A stretch of DNA of 64,000 bases, taken from NCBI RefSeq assembly GCF_964194025.1, contig NC_134468.1, forward strand, positions 72,230,001-72,294,000, in the 5' to 3' direction. Numbering within the stretch: the first letter of the stretch is position 1; the number at the start of each line of letters is the position of its first letter. A program made the position numbers and the translations under genes. The stretch comes from Convolutriloba macropyga. Its lineage: Eukaryota. The notes under the pieces were generated by a model. It was not told the DNA's origin and ran no database searches. It saw only the letters and a list, made by a program, of their open reading frames with translations. Shown here piece by piece: positions 1 to 13,760 of this stretch.

Positions 1-3000
1 TGAAACACAAAAAAAATACTATTGTCAAAACAGAAAGAAGTGATTCCTCTTTATCGAATAAAAACGTCAGGTCGTGGCTCTGGTCAGAGTTATTCATAAA
101 TATAAGGCTCAAAGGCCATTCACTGCTAATATTCAGCTTGACTGACAAACTACAGTCAACACCTAAGGATAAAAACAGTTTTTGTGATAGGATCTTTTAG
201 GTGGCCCACTTTACCCCACTTTTTGGGATTCATTGTGTTTTCTCTTCAACTATTCCTTGAAAAAGGGTTAAAAGATGAGCAAATCAACAATGGCAGCTCG
301 TTATGAATCACAGCTCAAGAAATAGCCGTTGTAAGTCATCTTAGAGCAACATTTGCTGATGTGGTTATTTCGGCTTTTCAGTCTGGGTTGTAGTTCAATA
401 TGTTTTAGCAGGTTCTCCGTAAAAATTCTGTCAAAAACTTGTCAAAAAACGATTTTATTCAATTTATCCCTACATTTGTGTGAATTCACTTAGGAGAAGC
501 AAGTCAAAACGCTAGAAGAACTTGTTCCTTGCTTTTCCGGTTATGAAACTCAAAAAAAATACTATTGTCAAAACAGAAAGGAGTGATTCCTCTTTATCAA
601 ATAAGAACGTCAGGTCGTGGCTCCGGTCAGAGTTATTCATAAATATAAGACTCAAAGGCCATTAGCTGCAAATATTCAGCTTGACTGACAAAATACAGTC
701 AACACATAAGGATAAAAACAGTTTTTCTGAGAGGATCTTTTAGGTGGCCCACTTTACCCCACTTTTTGCGATTCATTGTGTTTTCTCTTCAACTATTCCT
801 TGAAAAAGTGTTAAAAGATGGCCAAATCAAGAATGGCAGCTTGCTATGAATCACACTCAAAGAGTTAGCCGTTGTAACAAATCTTAGAGCAATATTTGCT
901 GATGTGGCTATTTCGGCTTTTCAGTCTGGGTTGTATTTCAATATGTTTTAGCAGGTTCTCCGTAAAAATTCTGTCAAAAACTTGTCAAAAAAGATTTAAT
1001 TCAATTTATCCGTACATTTGTGTGAATTCACTTAGGAGAAGCAAGTCGAAACGCTAGAAGAACTTATGCTTTGCTTTTCCAGTTATGAAACTCAAAAATA
1101 AATACTATTGTCAAAACAGAAAGAAGTGATTCCTCTTTATCAAATAAGAACGTCAGGTCGTGGCTCCGGTCAGAGTTATTCATAAATATAAGACTCAAAG
1201 GCCATTAGCTGCAAATATTCAGCTTGACTGACAAAATACAGTCAACACATAAGGATAAAAACAGTTTTTCTGAGAGGATCTTTTAGGTGGCCCACTTTAC
1301 CCCACTTTTTGCGATTCATTGTGTTTTCTCTTCAACTATTCCTTGAAAAAGGGTAAAAAGATGACCAAATCAAGAATGGCAGCTCGTTATGAATCACAGC
1401 TAAAGAGTTAGCCGTTGTAAGTAATCTTAGAGCAACATTTGCTGATATGGCTATTTCGGCTTTTCAGTCTGGGTTGTAGTTCAATATGTTTTAGCAGGTT
1501 CTCCGTAAAAATTCTGTCAAAACTTGTCAAAAAAGATTTTATTCAATATATCCGTACATTTGTGTGAATTCACTTAGGAGAAGCAAGTCAAAACGCTAGA
1601 AGAATTTATTCCTAGCTTTTCCGGTTATGAAACACAAAAAAAATACTATTGTCAAAACAGAAAGAAGTGATTCCTCTTTATCGAATAAAAACGTCAGGTC
1701 GTGGCTCTGGTCAGAGTTATTCATAAATATAAGGCTCAAAGGCCATTCACTGCTAATATTCAGCTTGACTGACAAACTACAGTCAACACCTAAGGATAAA
1801 AACAGTTTTTGTGATAGGATCTTTTAGTTGGCCCACTTTACCCCACTTTTTGGGATTCATTGTGTTTTCTCTTCAACTATTCCTTGAAAAAGGGTTAAAA
1901 GATGAGCAAATCAACAATGGCAGCTCGTTATGAATCACAGCTCAAGAAATAGCCGTTGTAAGTCATCTTAGAGCAACATTTGCTGATGTGGTTATTTCGG
2001 CTTTTCAGTCTGGGTTGTAGTTCAATATGTTTTAGCAGGTTCTCCGTAAAAATTCTGTCAAAAACTTGTCAAAAAACGATTTTATTCAATTTATCCCTAC
2101 ATTTGTGTGAATTCACTTAGGAGAAGCAAGTCAAAACGCTAGAAGAACTTGTTCCTTGCTTTTCCGGTTATGAAACTCAAAAAAAATACTATTGTCAAAA
2201 CAGAAAGAAGTGATTCCTCTTTATTGAATAAAAACGTCAGGTCGTGACTCTGGTCAGAGTTATTCATAAATATAAGGCTCCAAGGCCATTCACTGCTAAT
2301 GTTCAGCTTGACTGACAAACTACAGTCAACAAATAAGGATAAAAACAGTTTTTGTGAGAGGATCTTTTAGGTGGCCCACTTTACCCCACTTTTTTGCGAT
2401 TCATTGTGTTTTCTCTCCAACTATTCCTTGAAAAAGGGTTGAAAGATGACCAAATCAAGAATGGCAGCTCGTTATGAATCACAGCTAAAGAGTTAGCCGT
2501 TGTAAGTCATCTTAGAGCAAAATTTGCTGATGTGGCTATTTCGGCTTTTCAGTCTGGGTTGTATTTCAATATGTTTTAGCAGGTTCTCCGTAAAAATTCT
2601 GTCACAAACTTGTCAAAAAACAATTTTATTCAATTTATCCGTACATTTGTGTGAATCTAATTAGGAGAAGCAAGTTAAAACGCTAGAAGAACTTTTTCTT
2701 TGCTTTTCCGGCTATGAAACTCAAAAATAAATACTATTGTCAGAACAGAAAGAAGTGATTCCTCTTTATCAAATAAAAACTTCAGGTCGTGGCTCCGGTC
2801 AGAGATATTCATAAATATAAGTCTCAAAGGCCATTAACTGCTAATATTCAGCTTGACTGACAAACCACAGTCAACACATAAGGGTAAAAACAGTTTTTGT
2901 GAGAGGATCTTTTAGGTGGCCCACTTTACCCCACTTTTTGCGATTCATTGTGTTTTCTCTCCAACTATTCCTTGAAAAAGGGTTAAAAGATGACCAAATC

Positions 3001-6000
3001 AAGTATTGCAGCTCGTTCTGAATCATAGCTAAACATTTAGCCGTTGTAAGTCATCTTAGAGCAACATTTGTTGATGTGGCTATTTCGGCTTTTCAGTCTG
3101 GGTTGTAATTCAATATGTTTTAGCAGGTTTTCCGTAAAAATTCTGTCAAAAACTTGTCAAAAAAATTGTATTCAATTTATCCGCACATTTGTGTGAATTC
3201 ACGTAGGAAAAGCAAGTCAAAAAGCTAGAAGAACTTTTTCCTTGCTTTTCCGGTTATGAAACTCAAAAACAAATACTATTGTCAAAACAGAAAGAAGTGA
3301 TTCCTCTTTATCAAATAAAAACGTCAGGTCGTGGCTCCGGACAGAGTTATTCATAAATATAAGGCTCAAAGGCCATTAACTGCTATTATTCAGCTTGACT
3401 GACAAAGTACAGTCAACACATAAGGATAAAAACAGTTTTTGTGAGAGGATCTTTTAGGTGGCCCACTTTACCCCACTTTTTGCGATTCATTGTGTTTTCT
3501 CTCCAACTATTCCTTGAAAACGGGTTAAAAGATGACCAAATCAAGAATGGCAGCTCGTTATGAATCACAGCTAAGGAGTTAGCCGTTGTAAGTCATCTTA
3601 GAGCAACATTTGTTGATGTGGATATTTCGACTTTTCAGTCTGGGTTGTAATTCAATATATTTTCGCAGGTTCTCCGTAAAAATTCTGTCAAAAACTTGTC
3701 AAAAAAAGATTTTTTTTTCAATTTATCCGTACATTTGTGTGAATTCGCTTAGGAGAAGCAAGTCAAAACGCTAGAAGAACTTTTTCCCTGCTTTTTCGGT
3801 TATGAAACTCAAAAATAAATACTATTGTCAAAACAGAAAGAAGTGATTCCTCTTTATCAAATAAAAACGTCAGGTCGTGGCTCAGGTCAGAGTTTTTCAT
3901 AAAAATAAGGCTCGAAAGCCATTAACTGCTAATACTCAGCTTGACTGACAGACTACAGTCAACACATAATGATAAAAACAGTTTTTGTGACAGGATCTTT
4001 TAGGTGGCCCACTTTACCCCACTTTTTTGCGATTCATTGTGTTTTCTCTCCAACTATTCCTTGAAAAAGGGTTAAAAGATGACCAAATCGAGAATGGCAG
4101 CTCGTTATGAATCACAGCTAAAGAGTTAGTCGTTGTAAGTCATCTTAGAGCAACATTTGCTGATGTGGCTATTTCGGCTTTTCAGTCTGGGTTGTAGTTC
4201 AATATGTTTTAGCAGGTTCTCCGTAAAAATTCTGTCAAAAAATTCTCAAAAAACGATTTTATTCAATTTATCCGTACATTTGTGTGAATTTAATTGGGCG
4301 AAGCAAGTTAAAACGCTAGAAGAACTTTTTCTTTGCTTTTCCGGTAATGAAACTCAAAAATAAATACTATTGTCAAAACTGAAAGAAATGATTCCTCTTT
4401 ATCAAATAAAAACTTCAGGTCGTGGCTCCGGTCAGAGTTATTCATAGTTATAAGGCTCATAGGCCATTAACTGCTAATATTCAGCTTGACTGACAATTTA
4501 CAGTCAACACATAAAAATAAAAACAGTTTTTGTGAGAGGATCTTTTAGGTGGCCCACTTTACCCCACTTTTTGCGATTCATTGTGTTTTCTCTCCAACTA
4601 TTCCTTGAAAAAGAGTTAAAAGATGACCAAACCAAGAATGGCAGCTCGTTATGAATCACAGCTAAAGAGTTAGCCGTTGTAAGTCATCTTAGAGCAACAT
4701 TTGTTGATGTGGCTATTTCGGCTTTTCAGTCTGGGTTGTAATTCAATACGTTTTAGCAGGTTCTCCGTAAAAATTCTGTCAAAAACTTGTCAAAAAAAGA
4801 TTTTTTTTCAATTTATCCATACATTTGTGTGAATTCACTTAGGGGAAGCAAGTTAAAACGCTAGAAGAACTTTTTCCTTTTTTCAGGTTATGAAACTCAA
4901 AAAAAAATACTATTGTCTAAACAGAAAGAAGTGATTCCTCTTTATCAAATAAAAACGTCAGGTCGTGGCTCCGGTCAGAGTTATTCATAAATATAAGGCT
5001 CAAATGCCCTTAACTGCTAATATTCAGCTTGACTGACAAACTACAGTTAACACATAAGGATAAAAACAGTTTTTGTGAGAGGATCTTTTAGGTGGCCCAC
5101 TTTACCCCACTTTTTGCGATTCATTGTGTTTTCTCTCCAGCTATTCCTTGAAAAAGGATTAAAAGATGACCAAATCAAGAATGGCAGCTCGTTATGAATC
5201 ACAGCTAAGGAGTTAGCCGTTGTAAGTCATCTTAGAGCAACATTTGTTGATGTGGCTATTTCGGCTTTTCAGTCTGGGTTGTAATTCAATATGTTTTAGC
5301 AGTTTCTCCGTAAAAATTCTGTCAAAAACTTGTCAAAAAAAGATTTTTTTCAATTTATCCGTACATTTGTGTGAAATCACTTAGGAGAAGCAAGTCAAAA
5401 CGCTAGAAGAACTTTTTCCTTGCTTTTCCGGTTATGAAACTCAAAAATAGATACTATTGTCAAAACAGAAAGAAGTGATTCCTCTTTATCAAATAAAAAC
5501 GTCAGGTCGTGGCTCCGGTCAGAGTTATTCATGAATATAATGCTTAAATGCCATTAACTGCTAATATTCAGCTTGACTGACAAACTATAGTCAACACATA
5601 AGGATAAAAATAGTTTTTGTGAGAGGATCTTTTAGGTGGCCCACTTTACCCCACTTTTTGCGATTCAATCTGTTTTCTTTTCAACTATTCCTTGAAAAAG
5701 GGTTAAAAGATGTTCAAATCAAGAGTGGCAGCTCGTTATGAATCACAGCTAAAAAGTTAGCCGTTGTAAGTCATCTTAGAGCAACAATTGTTGATGTGGC
5801 TATTTCGGTTTTCAGTCTGGGTTGTAATTCAATATGTTTTAGCAGGTTCTCCGTAAAAATTCTGTCAAAAACTTGTCAAAAGAAAATTTTATTCAATTTA
5901 TCAATACATTGCGTGAATTCACTTAGGAGAAGCAAGTTAAAATGCTAGAAGAACTTTTTCTTTGCTTTTTTGGTTATGAAACTCAAAAATAAATACTATT

Positions 6001-9000
6001 GTCAAAACAGAAAGAAGTGATTCCTCTTTATCAAAGAAAAACGTCAGGTCGTGGCTCCGGTCAGAGTTATTTATTAATATAAGGCTCAAAGTCCATTAAC
6101 TGCTAATATTCAGCTTGACTGACAAAGTACAGTCAACACATAAGGATAAAAACACTTTTTGGGAGAGGATCTTTTAGGTGGCCCACTTTACCCCTTTTTT
6201 TGCGATTCATTGTGTTTTCTCTCCAACTATTCCTTGAAAAAGAGTTAAAAGATGACCAAACCAAGAATGGCAGCTCGTTATGAATCACAGCTAAAGAGTT
6301 AGCCGTTGTAAGTCATCTTAGAGCAACATTTGTTGATGTGGCTATTTCGGCTTTTCAGTCTGGGTTGTAATTCAATACGTTTTAGCAGGTTCTCCGTAAA
6401 AATTCTGTCAAAAACTTGTCAAAAAAAGATTTTTTTTCAATTTATCCATACATTTGTGTGAATTCACTTAGGGGAAGCAAGTTAAAACGCTAGAAGAACT
6501 TTTTCCTTTTTTCAGGTTATGAAACTCAAAAAAAAATACTATTGTCTAAACAGAAAGAAGTGATTCCTCTTTATCAAATAAAAACGTCAGGTCGTGGCTC
6601 CGGTCAGAGTTATTCATAAATATAAGGCTCAAATGCCCTTAACTGCTAATATTCAGCTTGACTGACAAACTACAGTTAACACATAAGGATAAAAACAGTT
6701 TTTGTGAGAGGATCTTTTAGGTGGCCCACTTTACCCCACTTTTTGCGATTCATTGTGTTTTCTCTCCAGCTATTCCTTGAAAAAGGATTAAAAGATGACC
6801 AAATCAAGAATGGCAGCTCGTTATGAATCACAGCTAAGGAGTTAGCCGTTGTAAGTCATCTTAGAGCAACATTTGTTGATGTGGCTATTTCGGCTTTTCA
6901 GTCTGGGTTGTAATTCAATATGTTTTAGCAGTTTCTCCGTAAAAATTCTGTCAAAAACTTGTCAAAAAAAGATTTTTTTCAATTTATCCGTACATTTGTG
7001 TGAAATCACTTAGGAGAAGCAAGTCAAAACGCTAGAAGAACTTTTTCCTTGCTTTTCCGGTTATGAAACTCAAAAATAGATACTATTGTCAAAACAGAAA
7101 GAAGTGATTCCTCTTTATCAAATAAAAACGTCAGGTCGTGGCTCCGGTCAGAGTTATTCATGAATATAATGCTTAAATGCCATTAACTGCTAATATTCAG
7201 CTTGACTGACAAACTATAGTCAACACATAAGGATAAAAATAGTTTTTGTGAGAGGATCTTTTAGGTGGCCCACTTTACCCCACTTTTTGCGATTCAATCT
7301 GTTTTCTTTTCAACTATTCCTTGAAAAAGGGTTAAAAGATGTTCAAATCAAGAGTGGCAGCTCGTTATGAATCACAGCTAAAAAGTTAGCCGTTGTAAGT
7401 CATCTTAGAGCAACAATTGTTGATGTGGCTATTTCGGTTTTCAGTCTGGGTTGTAATTCAATATGTTTTAGCAGGTTCTCCGTAAAAATTCTGTCAAAAA
7501 CTTGTCAAAAGAAAATTTTATTCAATTTATCAATACATTGCGTGAATTCACTTAGGAGAAGCAAGTTAAAATGCTAGAAGAACTTTTTCTTTGCTTTTTT
7601 GGTTATGAAACTCAAAAATAAATACTATTGTCAAAACAGAAAGAAGTGATTCCTCTTTATCAAAGAAAAACGTCAGGTCGTGGCTCCGGTCAGAGTTATT
7701 TATTAATATAAGGCTCAAAGTCCATTAACTGCTAATATTCAGCTTGACTGACAAAGTACAGTCAACACATAAGGATAAAAACAGTTTTTGTGAGAGGATC
7801 TTTTAGGTGGCCCACTTTACCCCACTTTTTGCGATTCATTGTGTTTTCTCTTCAACTATTCCTTGAAAAAGGGTTAAAAGATGTTCAAATCAAGAATGGC
7901 AGCTCGTTATGAATCACAGCTAAAGAGTTATCCGTTGTAAGTCATCTTAGAGCAACATTTGTTGATGTGGCTATTTCGGATTTTCAGTCTGGGTTGTAAT
8001 TCAATATGTTTTAGCAGGTTCTCCGTAAAAATTCTGCCAAAAACTTGTCAAAAAAAGATTTTTTTCAATTTATCCGTACACTTGTGTGAATTCACTTAGG
8101 AAAAGCAAGTCAAAACGCTACAAGAACTTTTTCCTTGCTTTTCCGGTTATGAAACTCAAAAATAAATACTATTGTCAAAACAGAAAGAAGTGATTCCTCT
8201 TTATCAAATAAAAACGTCAGGTCGTGGCTCCGGTCAGAGTTATTCATAAACATAAGGCTCATATGCCATTAACTGCTAATATTCAGCTTGACTGACAAAC
8301 TACAGTCAACACATAAGAATAAAAATAGTTTTTGTGAGAGGATCTTTTAGGTGGCCCACTTTACCCCACTTTTTGCGATTCAATCTGTTTTCTCTTCAAC
8401 TATTCCTTTCAAAAGGGTTAAAAGATGTTCAAATCAAGAATGGCAGCTCGTTGTGAATCACAGCTAAGGAGTTAGCCGTTGTAAGTCATCTTAGAGCAAC
8501 ATTTGTTGATGTGGATATTTCGGCTTTTCAGTCTGGGTTGTAATTCAATATGTTTTAGCAGGTTCTCCGTAAAAATTCTGTCAAAAACTTGTCAAAAGAA
8601 GATTTTATTCAATTTATCCATACAATTGTATGAATTCACTTAGGAGAAGCAAGTTAAAACGCTAGAAGAACTTTTTCTTCGCTTTTCCGGTTATGAAACT
8701 CAAAAATAAATACTATTGTCAAAACAGAAAGAAGTGATTCCTTTTTATCCAATAAAAACGTCAGGTCGTGGCTCCGGTCAGAGTTATTCATAAATATAAG
8801 GCTCAAAGGCCATTAACTGCTAATATTCAGCTTGACTGACAAACTACAGTCAACACATAAGAATAAAAACACTTTTTGGGAGAGGATCTTTTAGGTGGCC
8901 CACTTTACCCCTTTTTTTGCGATTCATTGTGTTTTCTCTCCAACTATTCCTTGAAAAAGGGTTAAAAGATGACCAAATCAAGAATGGCAGCTCGTTATGA

Positions 9001-11372
9001 ATCACAGCTAAAAAGTTAGCCGTTGTAAGTCATCTTAGAGCAACAATTGTTGATGTGGCTATTTCGGTTTTCAGTCTGGGTTGTAATTCAATATGTTTTA
9101 GCAGGTTCTCCGTAAAAATTCTGTCAAAAACTTGTAAAAAGAAGATTTTATTCAATTTATCAATACCTTGCGTGAATTCACTTAGGAGAAGCAAGTTAAA
9201 ATGCTAGAAGAACTTTTTCTTTGCTTTTTTGGTTATGAAACTCAAAAATAAATACTATTGTCAAAACAGAAAGAAGTGATTCCTCTTTATCAAAGAAAAA
9301 CGTCAGGTCGTGGCTCCGGTCAGAGTTATTCATTAATATAAGGCTCAAAGTCCATTAACTGCTAATATTCAGCTTGACTGACAAAGTACAGTTAACACAT
9401 AAGGATAAAAACAGTTTTTGTGAGAGGATCTTTTAGGTGGCCCACTTTACCCCACTTTTTGCGATTCATTGTGTTTTCTCTTCAACTATTCCTTGAAAAA
9501 GGGTTAAAAGATGTTCAAATCAAGAATGGCAGCTCGTTATGAATCACAGCTAAAGAGTTAGCCGTTGTAAGTCATCTTAGAGCAACATTTGTTGATGTGG
9601 CTATTTCGGATTTTCAGTCTGGGTTGTAATTCAATATGTTTTAGCAGGTTCTCCGTAAAAATTCTGCCAAAAACTGGTCAAAAAAAGATTTTTTTCAATT
9701 TATCCGTACATTTGTGTGAATTCACTTAGGAAAAGCAAGTCAAAACGCTACAAGAACTTTTTCCTTGCTTTTCCGGTTATGAAACTCAAAAATAAATACT
9801 ATTGTCAAAACAGAAAGAAGTGATTCCTCTTTATCAAATAAAAACGTCAGGTCGTGGCTCCGGTCAGAGTTATTCATAAACATAAGGCTCATATGCCATT
9901 AACTGCTAATATTCAGCTTGACTGACAAACTACAGTCAACACATAAGAATAAAAATAGTTTTTGTGAGAGGATCTTTTAGGTGGCCCACTTTACCCCACT
10001 TTTTGCGATTCAATCTGTTTTCTCTTCAACTATTTCTTTCAAAAGGGTTAAAAGATGTTCAAATCAAGAATGGCAGCTCGTTATGAATCACAGCTAAGGA
10101 GTTAGCCGTTGTAAGTCATCTTAGAGCAACATTTGTTGATGTGGATATTTCGGCTTTTCAGTCTGGGTTGTAATTCAATATGTTTTAGCAGGTTCTCCGT
10201 AAAAATTCTGTCAAAAACTTGTCAAAAGAAGATTTTATTCAATTTATCCATACAATTGTATGAATTCACTTAGGAGAAGCAAGTTAAAACGCTAGAAGAA
10301 CTTTTTCTTCGCTTTTCCGGTTATGAAACTCAAAAATAAATACTATTGTCAAAACAGAAAGAAGTGATTCCTCTTTATCCAATAAAAACGTCAGGTCGTG
10401 GCTCCTGTCAGAGTTATTCATAAATATAAGGCTCAAAGGCCATTAACTGCTAATATTCAGCTTGACTGACAAACTACAGTCAACACATAAGAATAAAAAC
10501 ACTTTTTGGGAGAGGATCTTTTAGGTGGCCCACTTTACCCCTTTTTTTGCGATTCATTGTGTTTTCTCTCCAACTATTCCTTGAAAAAGGGTTAAAAGAT
10601 GACCAAATCAAGAATGGCAGCTCGTTATGAATCACAGCTAAAGAGTTAGCCGTTGTAAGTCATCTTAGAGCAAAATTTGCTGATGTGGCTATTTCGGCTT
10701 TTCAGTCTGGGTTGTATTTCAATATGTTTTAGCAGGTTCTCCGTAAAAATTCTGTCACAAACTTGTCAAAAGAAGATTTTATTCAATTTATCAATACATT
10801 GCGTGAATTCACTTAGGAGAAGCAAGTTAAAATGCTAGAAGAACTTTTTCTTTGCTTTTTTGGTTATGAAACTCAAAAATAAATACTATTGTCAAAACAG
10901 AAAGAAGTGATTCCTCTTTATCCAATAAAAACGTCAGGTCGTGGCTCCGGTCAGAGTTATTCATAAATATAAGGCTCAAAGGCCATTAACTGCTAATATT
11001 CAGCTTGACTGACAAACTACAGTCAACACATAAGAATAAAAACACTTTTTGGGAGAGGATCTTTTAGGTGGCCCACTTTACCCCTTTTTTTGCGATTCAT
11101 TGTGTTTTCTCTCCAACTATTCCTTGAAAAAGGGTTAAAAGATGACCAAATCAAGAGTGGCAGCTCGTTATGAATCACAGCTAAAAAGTTAGCCGTTGTA
11201 AGTCATCTTAGAGCAACAATTGTTGATGTGGCTATTTCGGTTTTCAGTCTGGGTTGTAGTTCAATATGTTTTAGCAGGTTCTCCATAAAAATTTTGTCAA
11301 AAACTTGTCAAAAAATGATTTTATTCAATTTATCCGTACATTTGTGTGAATTCACTTAGAAGAAGCAAGTCA
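1..11372. repeat. Tandem satellite, ~543-bp monomer, ~21 copies, continuing beyond the left window edge
   Basis: The monomer start 'tgaaac(a/t)caaaaa..atactattgtcaaaacagaaag' recurs at 1, 544, 1086, 1628, 2171, 2715, 3257 and onward. The motif 'ggatcttttaggtggcccactttacccc' is in essentially every unit. The array stops abruptly after 'agaagcaagtcaa' at ~11372. Confidence 0.98.
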
Positions 11373-11375
11373 ACG

Positions 11376-12255
11376 ACCCACAGAGTTTCCAATATTCAAG
11401 AAGCATTTTGAGCCTATAACTCTTGAGTGCGCTATATCTACTTTGAACACAATATCCATAAAAATTTTAAATCATTTTGAATGGGGCTCTTTTTTAAGGT
11501 GTTTATCAGCCACCGCATAAATTTCCAATCCTGACAACCAACGTATGGTCCTTTGAGCTTACCAGACTGTCTTTTAAATGACAAAAACAAAGAAAAAAAA
11601 TGTACAAACCTCACAAAACAGTTTCCTCGGTAACGTGTTAGATTCTCTTATATTCTCCAGCTATGAGTTTTTTGCGCAAATAAACACTGATTTTGATTTA
11701 AAAAATGAGGTTTTCTACAAATTATACTTGACAGTCACTCAAAATCAGCGTTGGAAAAAAGGGTTTTGCGGGAAAAATTTAGGTGGCCCACTTTACCACA
11801 TTTTTATCATTTTAAAGTTTTATCTTTTGTTTTTATCACTGAAAAAAGCCCAAAATTGTATGAGAATCCAATTGAGAGAACATTCTTGTGTTCTAAAAGA
11901 AATTGGGATGAGTAAAATACCCACAGAGAATGCATTATTCAAGAAGCTTTTTGAACCTATAACTCTTGAGTGCGCTACATCTACGTTGAATACATTATGC
12001 CTTGAATTTTTAAAATCTTTTTATTGGGCTCTTTTTGTTGGGTGTTTAGTCCATTGAAATCAACATTGATTTCACGTATAGTACATTGAAATAACCAGAC
12101 TCTGTTTTGAAATGACAAAACAAAGAAAAAAATGCACTTTATACCCAACTTTTTCAATTTAAAGTATTATCTCTGGCTTTAATCACTAAAAAGAGCCCAA
12201 TGTAGCATGAAATTATCATGGATAGCTCAGCCGTCTGTTCTAAAGGAAATTAGGA
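11376..12255. repeat. Diverged ~544-bp tandem units at the satellite edge
   Basis: 'aagcattttgagcctataactcttgagtgcgcta' (~11401) recurs as 'aagctttttgaacctataactcttgagtgcgcta' (~11944). 'aaatgacaaaaacaaagaaaaaa' occurs at ~11576 and ~12110. The satellite motif 'ttaggtggcccactttacc' is retained at ~11779. Confidence 0.8.
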
Positions 12256-12304
12256 CGAGGAAAAAATCTGAATTTTCTATAAAAATTGCTTCATTTCCTC
12301 ATAC

Positions 12305-12387
12305 ATTCATTCACACGAAAAATCGTGTAATTTTTCATCACACGAGGAAAAATCGTGTGATTTCACACGAGAGATTTTTAGAGTGTA
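12305..12387. mobile_element. Possible right terminus of a CMC/EnSpm (CACTA-like) DNA transposon with subterminal repeats
   Basis: Clustered direct and inverted 'cacacga / tcgtgt' motifs end in 'tttttagagtg|ta' (reverse complement CACTCTAAAAA). No matching left end was seen in the window. Confidence 0.35.
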
Positions 12388-13597
12388 TATATGAAATAAA
12401 ATATCCTAATTCATTTGATTTGGAGAATAACTTTTATAATACGCATTTTATATAGCGTGTTCTGACTGTTGGCTTCACTAGCTTTTGTTAAAGTAACTAT
12501 TAATTGCTTAGATTTTGACGCCTTATTTCTTCTGTTTTCCGCATATATTTCACGAAATGTAACTGTCTACCATGATAATCGTTTTCTTGCATAACCTTCT
12601 TTTCACATTTGTGTTAAAAATAATAACATAAGAGAGAATTTTAAGGTGAGTAATATATGAGTCATGTTACTAAGAGACTTTTTCTTAAACATTAAAAATC
12701 TGTCACGATGGAAACGCGAATATTTTCTTCACGCTTAAACAAAGCCATCAAGCCTTGAGCATTGGGTAATCAAATTATAGAAGCTCACGAATAAGGCAGG
12801 TTGTTCAGCCTGGTTTAAAGGGGGCAAATTCACATTTTTCAAAACAAAATTAGTACAAGAGAGTTCAATTAGCGCCTGTTGTAGACGGTCGCTTTTTCGC
12901 TTTTGTTGATATAAAAGATTTCATACTTTTCAAGCTCAAGATTGCACAATCAATTAGATAGGAGGAAAATTCAAACCACTTCAAATCAAATTGTTGATTT
13001 TACTTCAAGGTAGTACCGATAATGTGAAAATTTTGCACATTTGCACATTTTCATTTCTTGAGATTCTACACTTTTTATGTTTAGGCTAAATCGATGCCTG
13101 TTCTGCGGTGATTAATTTTTTGTACTAGATTTTGTTATATCTGTTTTTGTTGCTGCTAGATTTTTTAAAATCAGTTTTAGATGCCTCATCATTTTATTGT
13201 GGTCGAATGTATTCAATTGTTATCATCAGATAATTCAGAATAACTGACAACATATGTGTGCTATTCAGTAAAGACAGTTTCTGTAAATTTCTAGGCTCTC
13301 TGAAAAAATTCTAAACTTTCGTATTTTGTTAGGATTTTGTAACTTCGATTTCAACAAACTGTTTGCCCAATATGGCTAAATCTTGGCAATCAATTTCACG
13401 TCAACGCATGCTTGACATTTTTGGAAATTCGGCAACAAATATCTAACGACGCACAAAATTATCAATTGAGGATAAAAATGCGTTGAGCTGTTCCCTGTTA
13501 AAAACCGTTACGAAGAGCTAATCGGAATCATTAATCATCTGTTTTATTAAACAAAAATTAGCACTGTTGATTTACTTTCCAGTTTCAACTGTTATTT

Positions 13598-13696
13598 ATG
13601 AGTAGTTTTATTGAACAGTATCTGAGACGCCCACTTAAAACGATGCCCTGTGGGCACAAAGTTGGGAAAAGCAACCCAATCTTGTCTCTTCTAACT
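13598..13696 (+). CDS. Putative first coding exon of an orphan Ser/Arg/Pro-rich protein (33 codons)
   Basis: Acceptor 'tttacttttccag' ends at 13582, ATG at 13598, and a consensus donor 'ACT|gtaagt' at 13696/13697 is in phase 0, matching the phase-0 acceptor at 15178. A possible upstream UTR-exon donor 'aag|gtgagt' lies at 12645. Confidence 0.55.
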
Positions 13697-13760
13697 GTAA
13701 GTAGTCTTCCATACCGAAACCCAAGTCAAAATCAGTACTGGACAGGTTGGGAAAACCAAT

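Noticed and set aside
1627-4363. Short ORFs (66 and 68 aa) in the 543-bp satellite
   Set aside because: Chance open frames; equivalent positions in other monomers contain stops and frameshifts.
11578-12057. 159-aa ORF at the satellite edge
   Set aside because: Lies in diverged tandem repeats, has K/F/L-rich composition typical of AT-rich non-coding DNA, and shows no recognisable domain.
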